64,000 nt of DNA from a virus: IMG/VR virus record IMGVR_UViG_3300025120_014381, positions 1-64,000 of that record; one strand, written 5' to 3'. A model generated the notes under the pieces. The model was not told the DNA's origin. It saw only the letters and a list, made by a program, of their open reading frames with translations, and did no database searches. Within the stretch, counting starts at the first letter, position 1; every line of letters starts with the position of its first letter. The translations under genes and the position numbers were made by a program. Shown piece by piece: positions 1 through 10,042 of this stretch.

Positions 1-635
1 AATTTGCGGCGCCTATACACATCTTCACACTTACCTGGTTTAACCGGTCTACCCATCCAAGCATACTTAGGTTCTTCCTTGGCAATAGCAGCAATCAACG
101 ATCCATGATCATCAAAAGGCCTTGTGATATAATAGTTCATTATCATGTAAAATTCGTGCTGTTCCGGAGAACCAAAAGTTACATGTCCTCGACCATCAAC
201 TTGCTGACGTTTACTAAGTTTTTTGTGTAAACTGTATAATGCTTTAACATATTCTTGACCTAGCTCATATGCCTCTTGATGAAACTCCTTTAGCTTCACC
301 TCATCCTCAGGTGTAAATCTTTCTTCTGAAGAGTTCACCCATTCACAGTAGTCTAGTGTTGATTGTAGATATGCCCTGGCCTTGTTTTTGAGCATCTCAT
401 ATTCTATGTTAACTTTAAGCATACTTGCAGGAAGCTCCGGTTCTCTGGAACCCATTGCTAAAGCAAGTTGGTTAGCTTGCATTGTATCAGCATAATCACC
501 CGAAGCTTCTAATGATGATAATTTCTGTGCTAATCCGGGAATATTAAGACGTGCACGCTCACCTTGTTTCTGTGATTCATAATCTTTATAAACTTCGTTT
601 ATTAGATTTCTCAATGTTTGCCTTGTTATCTTCAT
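1..635 (-). CDS. Hypothetical protein with MKITR-type leader (partial, runs off window start; not in ORF track)
   Basis: ATG at 635 opens MKITRQTLRNLINEVYKDY..., open to position 1 in manual translation. Confidence 0.8.
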   Translation of the reverse strand, partial: MKITRQTLRNLINEVYKDYESQKQGERARLNIPGLAQKLSSLEASGDYADTMQANQLALAMGSREPELPASMLKVNIEYEMLKNKARAYLQSTLDYCEWVNSSEERFTPEDEVKLKEFHQEAYELGQEYVKALYSLHKKLSKRQQVDGRGHVTFGSPEQHEFYMIMNYYITRPFDDHGSLIAAIAKEEPKYAWMGRPVKPGKCEDVYRRRK

Positions 636-636
636 A

Positions 637-1212
637 TTACCACCATGTGTATCTTGTTTTTCCACCAAAAAGATGTGGATATCTACCAATCCGGCATGAC
701 CAATATCTTTTTGACATCTTATCTTTTGTCTCTTTGCACTTGTGACGTGCAACAAATGACTTACGACGTTTTAAGCTTTTTAATCCAACACTCATTCCTC
801 TCGCGCCGAAAGTTAGCTTCTTAACCTTTTTTGTCTTAGGGTTCTTTACGTATACTACGTATTTCCCACCCTTACCTCCGCTATTTCGCTTCGGCTTATT
901 TAGTTTGACTTTACGACCTTGATACTCAGCTTCATCAAGTGTATACATCTCCAAAATAGGAAAGTCTAAAGCAACAACCATACCATTATACTCGGCAAGT
1001 TGTCCTATGTCTGTTTTAATTAGATCAAAATCATCTTCATTTAAAGAGATGTCTCCACACTCATATGCAGTTCTTGCTTCATTTATCATTGCAAAAAAAG
1101 ATTTAGAACCCGGCCTGTAAATACTTTCATTTAGCGGTACATTATTTTCTACGTGGTATTTTAAACCTTCTGATAAAAGCTTTTTACTTTTCATTCTTCT
1201 GCTCCAAAACAA
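637..1212 (-). CDS. Conserved phage protein with acidic N-half and very basic C-terminal domain
   Basis: C-terminal AEYQGRKVKLNKPKR...YVKNPKTKKVKKLTFG...RRKSFVARHKC...YWSC; probable start is ATG 1194. Confidence 0.7.
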   Translation of the reverse strand: MFWSRRMKSKKLLSEGLKYHVENNVPLNESIYRPGSKSFFAMINEARTAYECGDISLNEDDFDLIKTDIGQLAEYNGMVVALDFPILEMYTLDEAEYQGRKVKLNKPKRNSGGKGGKYVVYVKNPKTKKVKKLTFGARGMSVGLKSLKRRKSFVARHKCKETKDKMSKRYWSCRIGRYPHLFGGKTRYTWW

Positions 1213-1615
1213 TTAAACTTGATAAGGATATTGTCGTGCGTTTATTACCCTCTCTGATAATTGCAGTTTTCGATGAAGTGTTATTGTGACGAATTTCTTC
1301 TAGTACACCCACGTGCATCTCTTGATTCTTGTTACCAAGATCAGATGTGATACCTGCGACTAAGTCATTTATCTTAGGTATTTTCGTATCCACCTGAACT
1401 TTTGATTTTCTTTTCGTGATTCTTCTGCACACTAATTTTGAAACTGCAAATACTCTTGGATAGTATGATGCATCGTGCGACTTCACAATCAGGTCGTATT
1501 TACCGACGACTAACACTTGGCAAACATTACTGGCTGAAAGCTTGAAGCGATCACCCTGCTCGACAAAGTTGTCGACGATTAGCTGATCACCTTTTTTAAA
1601 TTCAACGTCAGACAC
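1184..1615 (-). CDS. Hypothetical protein with two SH3/KOW-like repeats
   Basis: FKKGDQLIV and KINDLVA starts; GTG start with AGGAG RBS. Confidence 0.6.
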   Translation of the reverse strand: MSDVEFKKGDQLIVDNFVEQGDRFKLSASNVCQVLVVGKYDLIVKSHDASYYPRVFAVSKLVCRRITKRKSKVQVDTKIPKINDLVAGITSDLGNKNQEMHVGVLEEIRHNNTSSKTAIIREGNKRTTISLSSLIVLEQKNEK

Positions 1616-1673
1616 AAAAACTCCTGCTATAAATATATATCAAATTAAGCATAAGTTATCTTTCAGAAAAAAA

Positions 1674-1934
1674 TTAAATTCCGTCTGCTCCGATCGCCTC
1701 AACTGGACAATTTTCCATCGCCTCGTAGCATTCCTCTAACTCTTTTTCGTTTTCAGGTTGTTTGTAGACAACGTCATGATCACCATCATCACTCATTTTA
1801 AAGTTTCTAGGTGCACAATCAGAACATACAGAACAGATAATACATTCACGATCAACGTAAAAAGATACTTTTTGGCCAGCAATTATCGAAATACCACCAA
1901 CATTGTCTCGCCATTTATCATTTTTGTCTGCCAT
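1674..1934 (-). CDS. Ferredoxin (single 4Fe-4S cluster type)
   Basis: CIICSVC...CPVEAI motif. Confidence 0.9.
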   Translation of the reverse strand: MADKNDKWRDNVGGISIIAGQKVSFYVDRECIICSVCSDCAPRNFKMSDDGDHDVVYKQPENEKELEECYEAMENCPVEAIGADGI

Positions 1935-2307
1935 CTTTTTTTCTCTGATAATCTTGGATTGCTGCTTTTATTGCATCTTCTGCAAGGACAGAGCAGTGAA
2001 TTTTAACCGGTGGTAATTGTAGTTCTTCTGCTATGTCTATATTCCTAACCTGATTCGCTTCTTCAATGGTAATACCTTTCAATAGCGTCGTCACGTAAGA
2101 ACTACTTGCTATAGCAGAGCCGCAACCAAATGTTTTAAATTTAGCATCTTCTATAATACCATCTTCATTTATTTTAATCTGTAATTTCATAACATCACCG
2201 CACGCCGGCGCGCCAACAAGCCCAGTACCCACAGACGAATTACTTGGGTCTAGTGAACCTACGTTCTGCGGGTTTTCAAAATGTTTAATTAACTTATCAC
2301 TGTACAT
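1918..2307 (-). CDS. iscU: Fe-S cluster scaffold IscU
   Basis: GAPACGDVM, FKTFGCGSAIASSS, LPPVKIHCSVLAEDAIKAA motifs intact. Confidence 0.97.
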   Translation of the reverse strand: MYSDKLIKHFENPQNVGSLDPSNSSVGTGLVGAPACGDVMKLQIKINEDGIIEDAKFKTFGCGSAIASSSYVTTLLKGITIEEANQVRNIDIAEELQLPPVKIHCSVLAEDAIKAAIQDYQRKKDGRQK

Positions 2308-2323
2308 ATTATCTCCAAAGTTG

Positions 2324-2708
2324 TGGACCCGGCGGGAGTCGAACCCGCGTCCGCAATAGTCTTAGTTTGAGTCATTCACAAGCTTAGCTAATCATTTTTC
2401 CGATTAGCAGGATAGACACCAATTTTCCACCAACTCTAGGTAACCTTGAGTTCCCACCTCATACTACGAGGGTAACCATTGTAGATACGGCAAAGTCCAC
2501 TAGACTCCCTTATAACTTTTTCGTCTCATCCATCTGACTAACCTCTTGTTTTTCACCGAAAGAGATATCGGCGCCAATTAAGCAGCTATAGCTACAGAAT
2601 CGAAATGCGAATTATTATTTGCAATTATAAAATTTGAACTGTTGAGGGCGTATCTTCCCTGCTTGCACTCTCTCCTTGATTCTATTCCGTCGAAACCATT
2701 ACGGGCCC
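2324..2708 (-). ncRNA. ssrA: tmRNA; tag peptide ANNNSHFDSVAIAA (2622..2578)
   Basis: 5' GGGCCCGTAATGGTTTCGAC and 3' GGACGCGGGTTCGACTCCCGCCGGGTCCA form an Ala acceptor stem with G3:U70 plus a T-arm; resume codon GCA; tag ends AIAA-TAA; CCA not encoded. Confidence 0.96.
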
Positions 2709-2718
2709 TTACCTATAT

Positions 2719-2747
2719 ATTGTAATAAGAAATGTTGTTATTTTCAA
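2719..2747 (-). promoter_or_regulatory. Sigma70-like promoter for tmRNA-iscU-ferredoxin
   Basis: TTGAAA-N17-TACAAT, 10 nt upstream of the tmRNA 5' end. Confidence 0.7.
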
Positions 2748-2755
2748 TTTTTCTG

Positions 2756-3493
2756 TTACCTTACACAAAATTTTACTATATCATAATCGTCGTAAGCAGA
2801 ATATAAAAACTTTACTCCGTCATACAATACTATCTTATGGTCAACCACCGCGTTGTCTTGGTCCCTAGCAACATGATAAGAAGACGTAGCTTCACCTGAT
2901 TTAATTTTATTATTGAGATAGTTGGTGATTACATAATATGAAGCATTCTGATAACCTGATCTCGTCATGTGCTTTTCCTGGATAAATTCTGCTGTGTCAT
3001 CATGATGACAACCTAGTAGCGCAGCCTCTTCATTCATATAAGATGCTAGGTCTGGATAGTTTACCAGCGCTGTATCGTTGAATTCGGCGTTAAAAAAATT
3101 TAAAATATTAATTGATTTGTTTTTAATTGCGTCAAAAACCATTTGACCGGTGAGTATAAATTCATCATCATCATCAGGTAGTTCTGATTTTTCTTTGCCT
3201 AATACATCCACAGCTATCTCCTCAGCTGATGTCATTGGATCAGGCCTTAAACTTTCATCTTCTAAAGACATGTCCGCGGCAAGACTTCGTGCCATTCGTC
3301 TGTAGCTACTGTCTTGCTGCATTAAACTATCTAATCTAGGGTCCAAAGCACTAACTGCTGTATCTTTGGCAATACCAGGCATGTATGCATCTGATGCAGC
3401 TGTTGCAACTCCTTTTGGGTCAACAATAACATATTTGCCTTCGTGCATCGCTTCGTTTATTAATTGCCTTAGTTGTCTTCGTGTTATTTTCAC
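2756..3493 (-). CDS. Hypothetical protein with MKITR-type leader
   Basis: Start revised to GTG 3493: (V)KITRRQLRQLINE. Confidence 0.75.
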   Translation of the reverse strand: MKITRRQLRQLINEAMHEGKYVIVDPKGVATAASDAYMPGIAKDTAVSALDPRLDSLMQQDSSYRRMARSLAADMSLEDESLRPDPMTSAEEIAVDVLGKEKSELPDDDDEFILTGQMVFDAIKNKSINILNFFNAEFNDTALVNYPDLASYMNEEAALLGCHHDDTAEFIQEKHMTRSGYQNASYYVITNYLNNKIKSGEATSSYHVARDQDNAVVDHKIVLYDGVKFLYSAYDDYDIVKFCVR

Positions 3494-3500
3494 TGGATAC

Positions 3501-4010
3501 TCATCTAGAAAACATGTCAGGGCCAAAATTACCTATGCCATCATAAGGATCATGATCATAATCATCCGGACCATCGTAATTGCTATCCTCGTCAAATACA
3601 GGATAAAAATATACACCGGTATCACTATCATTACCTTGCATAGCATCTATAAATTCCTGGGATGCTTCGTACTTTTCATTATCTTCTAATCTTGATGCTG
3701 GGTGCGAAACAATTGCCATGACATCTGATTCTATTTTTCTATACTGCTCTTCTGTCAACTCATCAGCACTATCTGCACCATAATTATAAAATTCTATATC
3801 ACCCACGTGCAATGGGTGACTATTATCATAGAAAGCCATCTCAATTGATAGTCCTGTTTGTCGCCTACCATCGTCGTCACTCATGAGTGTGTATGAACCC
3901 GGCCTTCCGGAGTAACTTGGATCTGAGAAACGTGGGTCGTCTGTTGGATCTTTAAATCCTTTCATCGCTTCGCTAATTAAGCCTCTTAATTTTCTTCTTG
4001 TTATTTTCAT
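3501..4010 (-). CDS. Acidic hypothetical protein with MKITR-type leader
   Basis: MKITRRKLRGLISE. Confidence 0.75.
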   Translation of the reverse strand: MKITRRKLRGLISEAMKGFKDPTDDPRFSDPSYSGRPGSYTLMSDDDGRRQTGLSIEMAFYDNSHPLHVGDIEFYNYGADSADELTEEQYRKIESDVMAIVSHPASRLEDNEKYEASQEFIDAMQGNDSDTGVYFYPVFDEDSNYDGPDDYDHDPYDGIGNFGPDMFSR

Positions 4011-4411
4011 AATCCTTTTCCTACTGCTACAAACATGTTAACATAATAGTCCTCAAGATTTTTAGTTATTTCAGCAATAGTTTTAAATGCAAATTCCATC
4101 TGAATATCTGCCTCTAAATTTTCATCCTCAGTATAAAAGTTGTTAAAACCAGCATGAAAAATTCCTAGTAACTCGTTAACCCATCCATGAACGTGATTCT
4201 GAAAATCTATGCTATCAAGATGCTCACTTAACATTTCTTTTACTAGTTGTTTAAAATCAAGACCTAGTGAGTCACACAGCTCATATGCTTGTGCAACATA
4301 CGCACGATCATAAGTTGACAAAAATTCTGTTTTTATTTTTATCGCGCTGCGCGGATTTGTCGCAATGCTTTCACTTATAATTCTACGTAATCTATTTTTA
4401 TCTATTTTCAC
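4007..4411 (-). CDS. Hypothetical protein with leader
   Basis: MKIDKNRLRRIISES. Confidence 0.75.
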   Translation of the reverse strand: MKIDKNRLRRIISESIATNPRSAIKIKTEFLSTYDRAYVAQAYELCDSLGLDFKQLVKEMLSEHLDSIDFQNHVHGWVNELLGIFHAGFNNFYTEDENLEADIQMEFAFKTIAEITKNLEDYYVNMFVAVGKGL

Positions 4412-4693
4412 TTAAAGCCCCATTTGTTGACACATTGTCATGACTCTTTGTGAGCAATAGCTCGCAAACTGTGGACAACCATAATCAGCACACATTTCTT
4501 TACACATTATACTTACCTGCATTGGATCACACATTCCACGAGACAAGCAGCTCATGATAACTTGTTGTATGATCTGTGAAGTGTAGTCATATTCAGGTGT
4601 ACCTGGTTGCGGGCCGCCCATACTCATTTCAGACAAAACTTGTCTTGATTCTTGTAATAGTAATTTACGCAATTTATTTCTATTAAGTCTCAT
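4412..4693 (-). CDS. Small Cys/Met-rich protein with leader
   Basis: MRLNRNKLRKLLLQE; six Cys in C-half; AAGGAG RBS. Confidence 0.7.
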   Translation of the reverse strand: MRLNRNKLRKLLLQESRQVLSEMSMGGPQPGTPEYDYTSQIIQQVIMSCLSRGMCDPMQVSIMCKEMCADYGCPQFASYCSQRVMTMCQQMGL

Positions 4694-4755
4694 ATTTGCT
4701 CCTTTAAATCATTTATAATTATTACTTATTTTTTCTTTTTTCTTTTCAACATTGA

Positions 4756-6060
4756 TTATATGTCGTCTATATCTACATCGTAAAGATAGTCTAAAGATCG
4801 ATAGCTAGGTTGCGGTGAATCAATCTCGACGTTGGAAAGTGTCGGTGCGCTGTAGTGCATATCGGGTAAACTAAGATTGACACTGCTAACATTTGTTTCA
4901 AATTGTCTCGATGCATTATCGAGATCTAAATTAAATTCTTTACCACCAATGTCAAGTGCAATTAATTCACCACTAGATCTTCTTCCAAATTGCTCTTTAT
5001 GTATATCCCGCCATTCCAAATTTGATGTGATGATAATTTCTTCAATTAAGCCTAAGATATCTCTGTAATCTTCAAGAAGTGTAGCGTTATTGTTATTGGG
5101 TAGCTTTTTCTTACCCGGTATCCTTTCAATTAACAAGTGTTCTCTAAATAATTCTTCAAAATCATCAACAGCGCTAAAGTTGTTAACAATGCCTAAAACA
5201 TTTAAACACAACATTTTTAATGTAAGTGGGCTTCCATTGTCTAATTTTACCAAAACCTGCGTTGGGTTAACCTTACCATGTGCAACAAATAAGTTGTTGC
5301 ACTCAGCAGCAATCTGTCTTTTGTGTTTAGATGGAGTTGCAGGATCACTAATATATTGAATTAGTTTTTGGAATGTATCTAGCCCATATTTTATGACAAA
5401 TCTTTTTTGTTGATAGCCGGATGTAATTACATCTAAATAAACATTTTCTATTTCTGCTGCTATCGAGCCACCTAGCCCGTATAAGTTAAGTAAATTATCA
5501 AATTTAACATGTCTTACTTGAACAAACTTATTTAGAGCATGCTCGATGTTAAAAAACACAAACCCATCCGGGATAACTCTTTCCATTATAATATAAAAAA
5601 GCCTATTAATCTGTTTGTTTTTATTTCTTTTATTATGAGACGATCCATGCTTCCAGTACACAACAGGCCTGTTTAAATTGATTACACCTTTTGTATATAC
5701 TTTTGCTGTTTTATTTGGGCTTCTTGAAACCAAATTTAAGTTTTTTGCCGCATTATCAATAGTGTGGAAAAGTTTTATAACTTTATAATCATCAAGAGAA
5801 ATAACAATGCCTTCTGCACCACTAGCAATAATCCTTGGTTTATTTAATCTATTTTCTAGCCTAGGCAACCTCTCAGCATCAGCAAGATAATCAACAATTT
5901 TTTCTGCCAAAGGTCGGTATAAAGACCAGCCTTTGTCATGGGTCGGATCATTTGCAGCAATTGGGTCATAAAGATAAAAATTCTCGCTCATTAAGTAACG
6001 ATCATGTTTTACAAAAGACTCAAAGATCAATGTTCTAATTTTATTTCTATTCATTAACAT
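4756..6060 (-). CDS. Protein-kinase-like fold protein with leader
   Basis: IASGAEGIV (Gly loop), KVIK, YIIMERV, WRDIHKEQ (catalytic-loop-like), ALDIG (DFG-like). Confidence 0.65.
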   Translation of the reverse strand: MLMNRNKIRTLIFESFVKHDRYLMSENFYLYDPIAANDPTHDKGWSLYRPLAEKIVDYLADAERLPRLENRLNKPRIIASGAEGIVISLDDYKVIKLFHTIDNAAKNLNLVSRSPNKTAKVYTKGVINLNRPVVYWKHGSSHNKRNKNKQINRLFYIIMERVIPDGFVFFNIEHALNKFVQVRHVKFDNLLNLYGLGGSIAAEIENVYLDVITSGYQQKRFVIKYGLDTFQKLIQYISDPATPSKHKRQIAAECNNLFVAHGKVNPTQVLVKLDNGSPLTLKMLCLNVLGIVNNFSAVDDFEELFREHLLIERIPGKKKLPNNNNATLLEDYRDILGLIEEIIITSNLEWRDIHKEQFGRRSSGELIALDIGGKEFNLDLDNASRQFETNVSSVNLSLPDMHYSAPTLSNVEIDSPQPSYRSLDYLYDVDIDDI

Positions 6061-6127
6061 ATAAAACCTGTCCTATTATTCTATAATTATTATTTAACAA
6101 GATAAACAACTATATAAAATTATTCAT

Positions 6128-6427
6128 ATGAATAAACATCTTTATATAATCCAATCCGACGTAACTGGTGCCATCAAAGTAGGTATTAGTAAAAACCCCC
6201 AGAATAGGTTACGGCAGTTACAAACCGGTTCACCGTATAGACTTAAGTTGCTTGCCATAGTAAATGGTAGAGGTGACTTAGAAAGATCTCTGCATTCATA
6301 TCTGAAACCCTATAAACAAGCTTGCAAGGGTGAGTGGTTTGACTTTGAGTGCACTGGATCTTTTCCGGACTGGCTTAGTGAGATGGTTGACTGGGAGGTT
6401 GCAAATGTTTGGTGGGCTAAAAGTTAA
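6128..6427 (+). CDS. GIY-YIG-related T5orf172/MUG113 domain protein
   Basis: LYIIQ...IKVGISKNPQNRLRQLQTGSP...LE..LH...GEWF. Confidence 0.85.
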   Translation: MNKHLYIIQSDVTGAIKVGISKNPQNRLRQLQTGSPYRLKLLAIVNGRGDLERSLHSYLKPYKQACKGEWFDFECTGSFPDWLSEMVDWEVANVWWAKS

Positions 6428-7095
6428 CTGTTTAGTAGCAGCTGAAGCTGCTGGATTGTTTGCTGACTATTTCCAGTTACATGTAATATACCTAATCCAC
6501 CCCTAGCATTCCATTCAAGAATAGTCTCTTCCTTGTCGTCAATTAAAATATTAGGTGTGCCTGTTGATGATACCGCATAGTTTTGTTTTTCTACAGCTGG
6601 AACAATTACAACTTCTACTGGCTGTGGGCTTAGATTTTCTTGTACCCACATTCTTTTACCTTGATTAGCCGGCATGCCTTTTGTGCTGTTTATTGGCGCG
6701 CTAAGAATATTGACTGTTATACCTAAAGAAGTAATGAAAGGCCACAACATATCAGTACCGTCAATTAGCTTTGGTAAACTGTAAAAGAATTGCCCCGGGT
6801 CTTGAACAACAACAGCGTACTTGAGTCGCTTTAATAACTTAACAGCATTAATATCTGATCCCATTGGAACTCTAAAGTCTTGACCAAAAGCTTTTAGAAC
6901 TTTAGTTATTTTTTTTCTTAAAGACTTAGATTCAATGTACCCACCATCGGCAGCAAAACTTAAATACTCGTTCATCTTGAGGATCGCACCGGTGCTAAAG
7001 TCAGCAATGACTCCGTCCATATCACAGTATATTTGATACTGGATATCTAATGATTCTAATATTAAAGACTTAAGTTGGTTACGTGTTAACTTCAA
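6424..7095 (-). CDS. HAD 5'(3')-deoxyribonucleotidase-like protein with leader
   Basis: YCDMDGVIADF, ILSAP, ILIDD; start revised to TTG 7095 with GAGGGGG RBS: (L)KLTRNQLKSLILES. Confidence 0.8.
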   Translation of the reverse strand: MKLTRNQLKSLILESLDIQYQIYCDMDGVIADFSTGAILKMNEYLSFAADGGYIESKSLRKKITKVLKAFGQDFRVPMGSDINAVKLLKRLKYAVVVQDPGQFFYSLPKLIDGTDMLWPFITSLGITVNILSAPINSTKGMPANQGKRMWVQENLSPQPVEVVIVPAVEKQNYAVSSTGTPNILIDDKEETILEWNARGGLGILHVTGNSQQTIQQLQLLLNS

Positions 7096-7108
7096 AATTA
7101 CCCCCTCA

Positions 7109-7816
7109 TTACGGCATCTCATAACTAATATCATATTCATACAATATTTCTTGCATTTTTATTAACCAGGTTGATTTGTACTCACCCGGGTCCGTTCTTC
7201 CTGGCATTAATGCTGTACTAGTGCTATATAAACTGCTATCTAACAAGTCTCTAGCATCTAATAAAAGTTTAATTCTGTGTCGTGCTAACTTACCTAATCC
7301 TTCGATTATTTTTGCCTCCGCGGCGACAAAGGGTTGTCCTCTTATTCCTTGTCCTCTTAAGATTTCATAAAAGTTCGGGTATATATCGCCCTCTCTTAGT
7401 CTGCGACGCACTTGTTCAGTATTCTCGTACTGGCTTATGTCTCTTATACGACCGTTGATCATTCTAAAAACAGTATCACCAAATGGCGGTAAAATTGCTC
7501 TTCCATATACATCACCACCGTAAAGCTGTCGTTGAATTAAGGGTGTGTTATAGCTCGGATTATTTTGATAGTATCTTTGGATCTCTTGGTTTGTTTGAGC
7601 ATCAATAAGATCCCGTTCAACCGGTTGACCAAACTGTCTACTTAGCTTTATTGCTGCATCAAAAAGTGCCATGTCACCTCTGTTACCCGGGTTAGGTTCT
7701 AGTTTGTGTGGTATTCCAAGTTGTTTTAGCTTTAACTTTCTTGGCCGAGGATTGTTCATTTCTTCTAGAACACTTTCCCTTATTAATTTTTTAATCTTGT
7801 TTTGTGATATCTTCAT
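7109..7816 (-). CDS. Hypothetical protein with leader
   Basis: MKISQNKIKKLIRESVLEE. Confidence 0.75.
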   Translation of the reverse strand: MKISQNKIKKLIRESVLEEMNNPRPRKLKLKQLGIPHKLEPNPGNRGDMALFDAAIKLSRQFGQPVERDLIDAQTNQEIQRYYQNNPSYNTPLIQRQLYGGDVYGRAILPPFGDTVFRMINGRIRDISQYENTEQVRRRLREGDIYPNFYEILRGQGIRGQPFVAAEAKIIEGLGKLARHRIKLLLDARDLLDSSLYSTSTALMPGRTDPGEYKSTWLIKMQEILYEYDISYEMP

Positions 7817-8370
7817 TACGACTCCTTGCTTTCACTTGCGTACTTTACACCCATAATAGTACCTATTATGCTAAACGAGTTAGTTAAAAGTATACCGAAT
7901 AAGTTGCTCCATGTATTACCAATTAATGTTGTACCTATTCCCGTATACATTGAAAACATAAATAATCCAGTTGTAAAAACTCCGACACCGATTATAATCC
8001 AGAGCGCGACTTGAACAATCTTACCAATTAATTCAAACTGTGTTTTCTTTTGCATTAAGTCCAAGTCTGTCAAAGCAGCGTCTTTAGCTTCGTCTGCTTT
8101 TTTGACAGCTTCTTTCAGGTCAGACATTAGCTGTTCATTCTCTTCTTGCGAAGCAATCAACTCGCGATTTTGAATTTGTACTTGCTTTGTTACCTCAAGT
8201 CGTTTCTTTCTATTGGTAATATCTTGTGACTTTGCATCAAGGAGATACTGCTTAAATTCTTCATCTTCTTGTGCATCGATTAATTTAATAATGTTGCCTT
8301 CCAAAAAAACATTGCGCTGATCTCCAATTGCAATCAATTGCTTTTTATCATTTTCACAAAAAATAATCAT
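7816..8370 (-). CDS. Coiled-coil protein with two C-terminal TM helices
   Basis: Heptad-rich centre, two hydrophobic segments; stop/start coupled to the response regulator gene. Confidence 0.7.
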   Translation of the reverse strand: MIIFCENDKKQLIAIGDQRNVFLEGNIIKLIDAQEDEEFKQYLLDAKSQDITNRKKRLEVTKQVQIQNRELIASQEENEQLMSDLKEAVKKADEAKDAALTDLDLMQKKTQFELIGKIVQVALWIIIGVGVFTTGLFMFSMYTGIGTTLIGNTWSNLFGILLTNSFSIIGTIMGVKYASESKES

Positions 8371-8807
8371 TATTTATATACTTTAAAAGCCGCTGTTCTA
8401 TTCTTATAACCTTCGTAATCATCTCTGAAGGCTTCTAAACGAGGCTCAATATCATCAGACTTTACGATCCAGAACTGTGCGCCAGCGTGCAAACTCTTGT
8501 TTATTTCTTCTTGATCAGCAGAAGAGCTTATGATCCCAACAACGACACCGTTACCATACTCATAGTTTATTTTTTGAATTAATTCAATGCCATCAAAGGA
8601 GGATCCGATAATATTTAAATCGACAAAAACACATTCAGGTTTTCCTTTTGAATCTGTTTTCCATTGTTCAAATAAACGTGCTGCTTCGTCTGAAGACGTA
8701 ATGCTTTGTAGATCGAGTGTTATATCTAATAAACTACACGCATCTTCAAAAACCAAATGAAATAAATTTTCATCGTCAACTAATAAAATTGAATTAATCA
8801 TGTTCAT
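8370..8807 (-). CDS. Single-domain response regulator (receiver)
   Basis: ILLVDD, phospho-acceptor VFVDL, DGIEL, IISSS, AGAQFWIVK. Confidence 0.9.
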   Translation of the reverse strand: MNMINSILLVDDENLFHLVFEDACSLLDITLDLQSITSSDEAARLFEQWKTDSKGKPECVFVDLNIIGSSFDGIELIQKINYEYGNGVVVGIISSSADQEEINKSLHAGAQFWIVKSDDIEPRLEAFRDDYEGYKNRTAAFKVYK

Positions 8808-10042
8808 CGTATTTTCACCTTAATCATTGTACCGATGTCTAGTTTTTCAACAGACATTTGAAATCCATGTTCCTTAAATATGGCAACAGAAATGTTTAGT
8901 CCCAAACCTGTTCCTTTTTCTTTTTGACCTTCTTTTCTCTCATACGGCTGACTTAATTTATCAAAGTCTTTTTGTGACATACCGCGACCATTATCAATAA
9001 TTGCTAAATGTTTTTCATTTAACATTTCAACTCTTACAAATTTAGTTTTAGCGTCATTATATTTTAGTCCATTCCTTATCAGATTATCGATACCAGTACA
9101 AAATAACGCTTCATTTACCAACATTGTGGGAAGATCTTTAATTATAACTTGATCTGCATAAGCTGTCTTTTTTAAATAGTCTTTCAAAATATCAGCCATG
9201 TCATGCTCATTTTTTTCTAGTACTGCATTTTCCTTGACAAGATTAGTAAATTCAAAGACTCCTCTATAAACGCGCTGAGCATGATCTAATCCATCTTTAA
9301 TAAGCCTCAAAGATGTTTCAATTTTCAATTCTTTGATTTGTTCTGGTTTGATTCTACGTTCTAAGCTTTTGATGCCACGCGGAATGTAAGTATTAATACC
9401 ACTGTGCATGTCATGACGTAATATTTTTGCTGCATGTTCGAGGTATGTATTTTTGTTACGCAGTTCAAGTTGAGCGTTGTGCTCTCCTGTCACATCACTT
9501 GCAACATTGATTACTTGATATACAGCGCCACTTCCACTTTTAATAGGGTTATAAGAGCCGTAGAGCCAGACAACATCTCCTGACTTCTTTACTCTCTTAA
9601 ATTTATTTTTAATATTTTCACCGTTTCTTAGCTTTTTCCAAAAGTCTCTATACTTTTTACTCTTAACAATATCATTAGGGACGAAAAGCATATGATGTAA
9701 TCCTATGATTTCTTCTTGTGTGAAGCCTACAGCCTTGCAAAAATTGTTATTTGCTTTGACAACGTTTCCTTTGCTGTCATAGACAACAACAATGTTTGAG
9801 TTGTTAATTGCTTTAAGTTTGTCATTTATTTTTTGATTCTCATCTTTGTACTTAACATACATGTCCCAACCAAAAATAGCAGAAGCAGGCATGTAAATTA
9901 TAAACAGCATTATATTAAAAAGTGGGATACTGTAATTGAAGTGGATAATGTCAAGGTAAACAAAAGTTTGAGACATCATAAAAGCTATAGCTGTAAATGT
10001 TGCTAAACAAAAGGCTAACTTTGTTCTTCTTTTTAATTTCAT
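8804..10042 (-). CDS. Membrane PAS-domain sensor histidine kinase
   Basis: 2 TM, PAS/PAC (ANNNF, SYNPI, DVT), H-box RHDMHS, N-box NLIRNGLKY, DNGRGM, GTGLGL. Confidence 0.92.
   Translation of the reverse strand: MKLKRRTKLAFCLATFTAIAFMMSQTFVYLDIIHFNYSIPLFNIMLFIIYMPASAIFGWDMYVKYKDENQKINDKLKAINNSNIVVVYDSKGNVVKANNNFCKAVGFTQEEIIGLHHMLFVPNDIVKSKKYRDFWKKLRNGENIKNKFKRVKKSGDVVWLYGSYNPIKSGSGAVYQVINVASDVTGEHNAQLELRNKNTYLEHAAKILRHDMHSGINTYIPRGIKSLERRIKPEQIKELKIETSLRLIKDGLDHAQRVYRGVFEFTNLVKENAVLEKNEHDMADILKDYLKKTAYADQVIIKDLPTMLVNEALFCTGIDNLIRNGLKYNDAKTKFVRVEMLNEKHLAIIDNGRGMSQKDFDKLSQPYERKEGQKEKGTGLGLNISVAIFKEHGFQMSVEKLDIGTMIKVKIR

Noticed and set aside
2324-2352. Stand-alone tRNA
   Set aside because: The T-arm and acceptor half pair with a 5' end 385 nt away, with a tag ORF in between, so it is tmRNA
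6128-6427. Mobile intron/homing element
   Set aside because: Free-standing T5orf172-type gene that does not interrupt a neighbour; no intron structure seen
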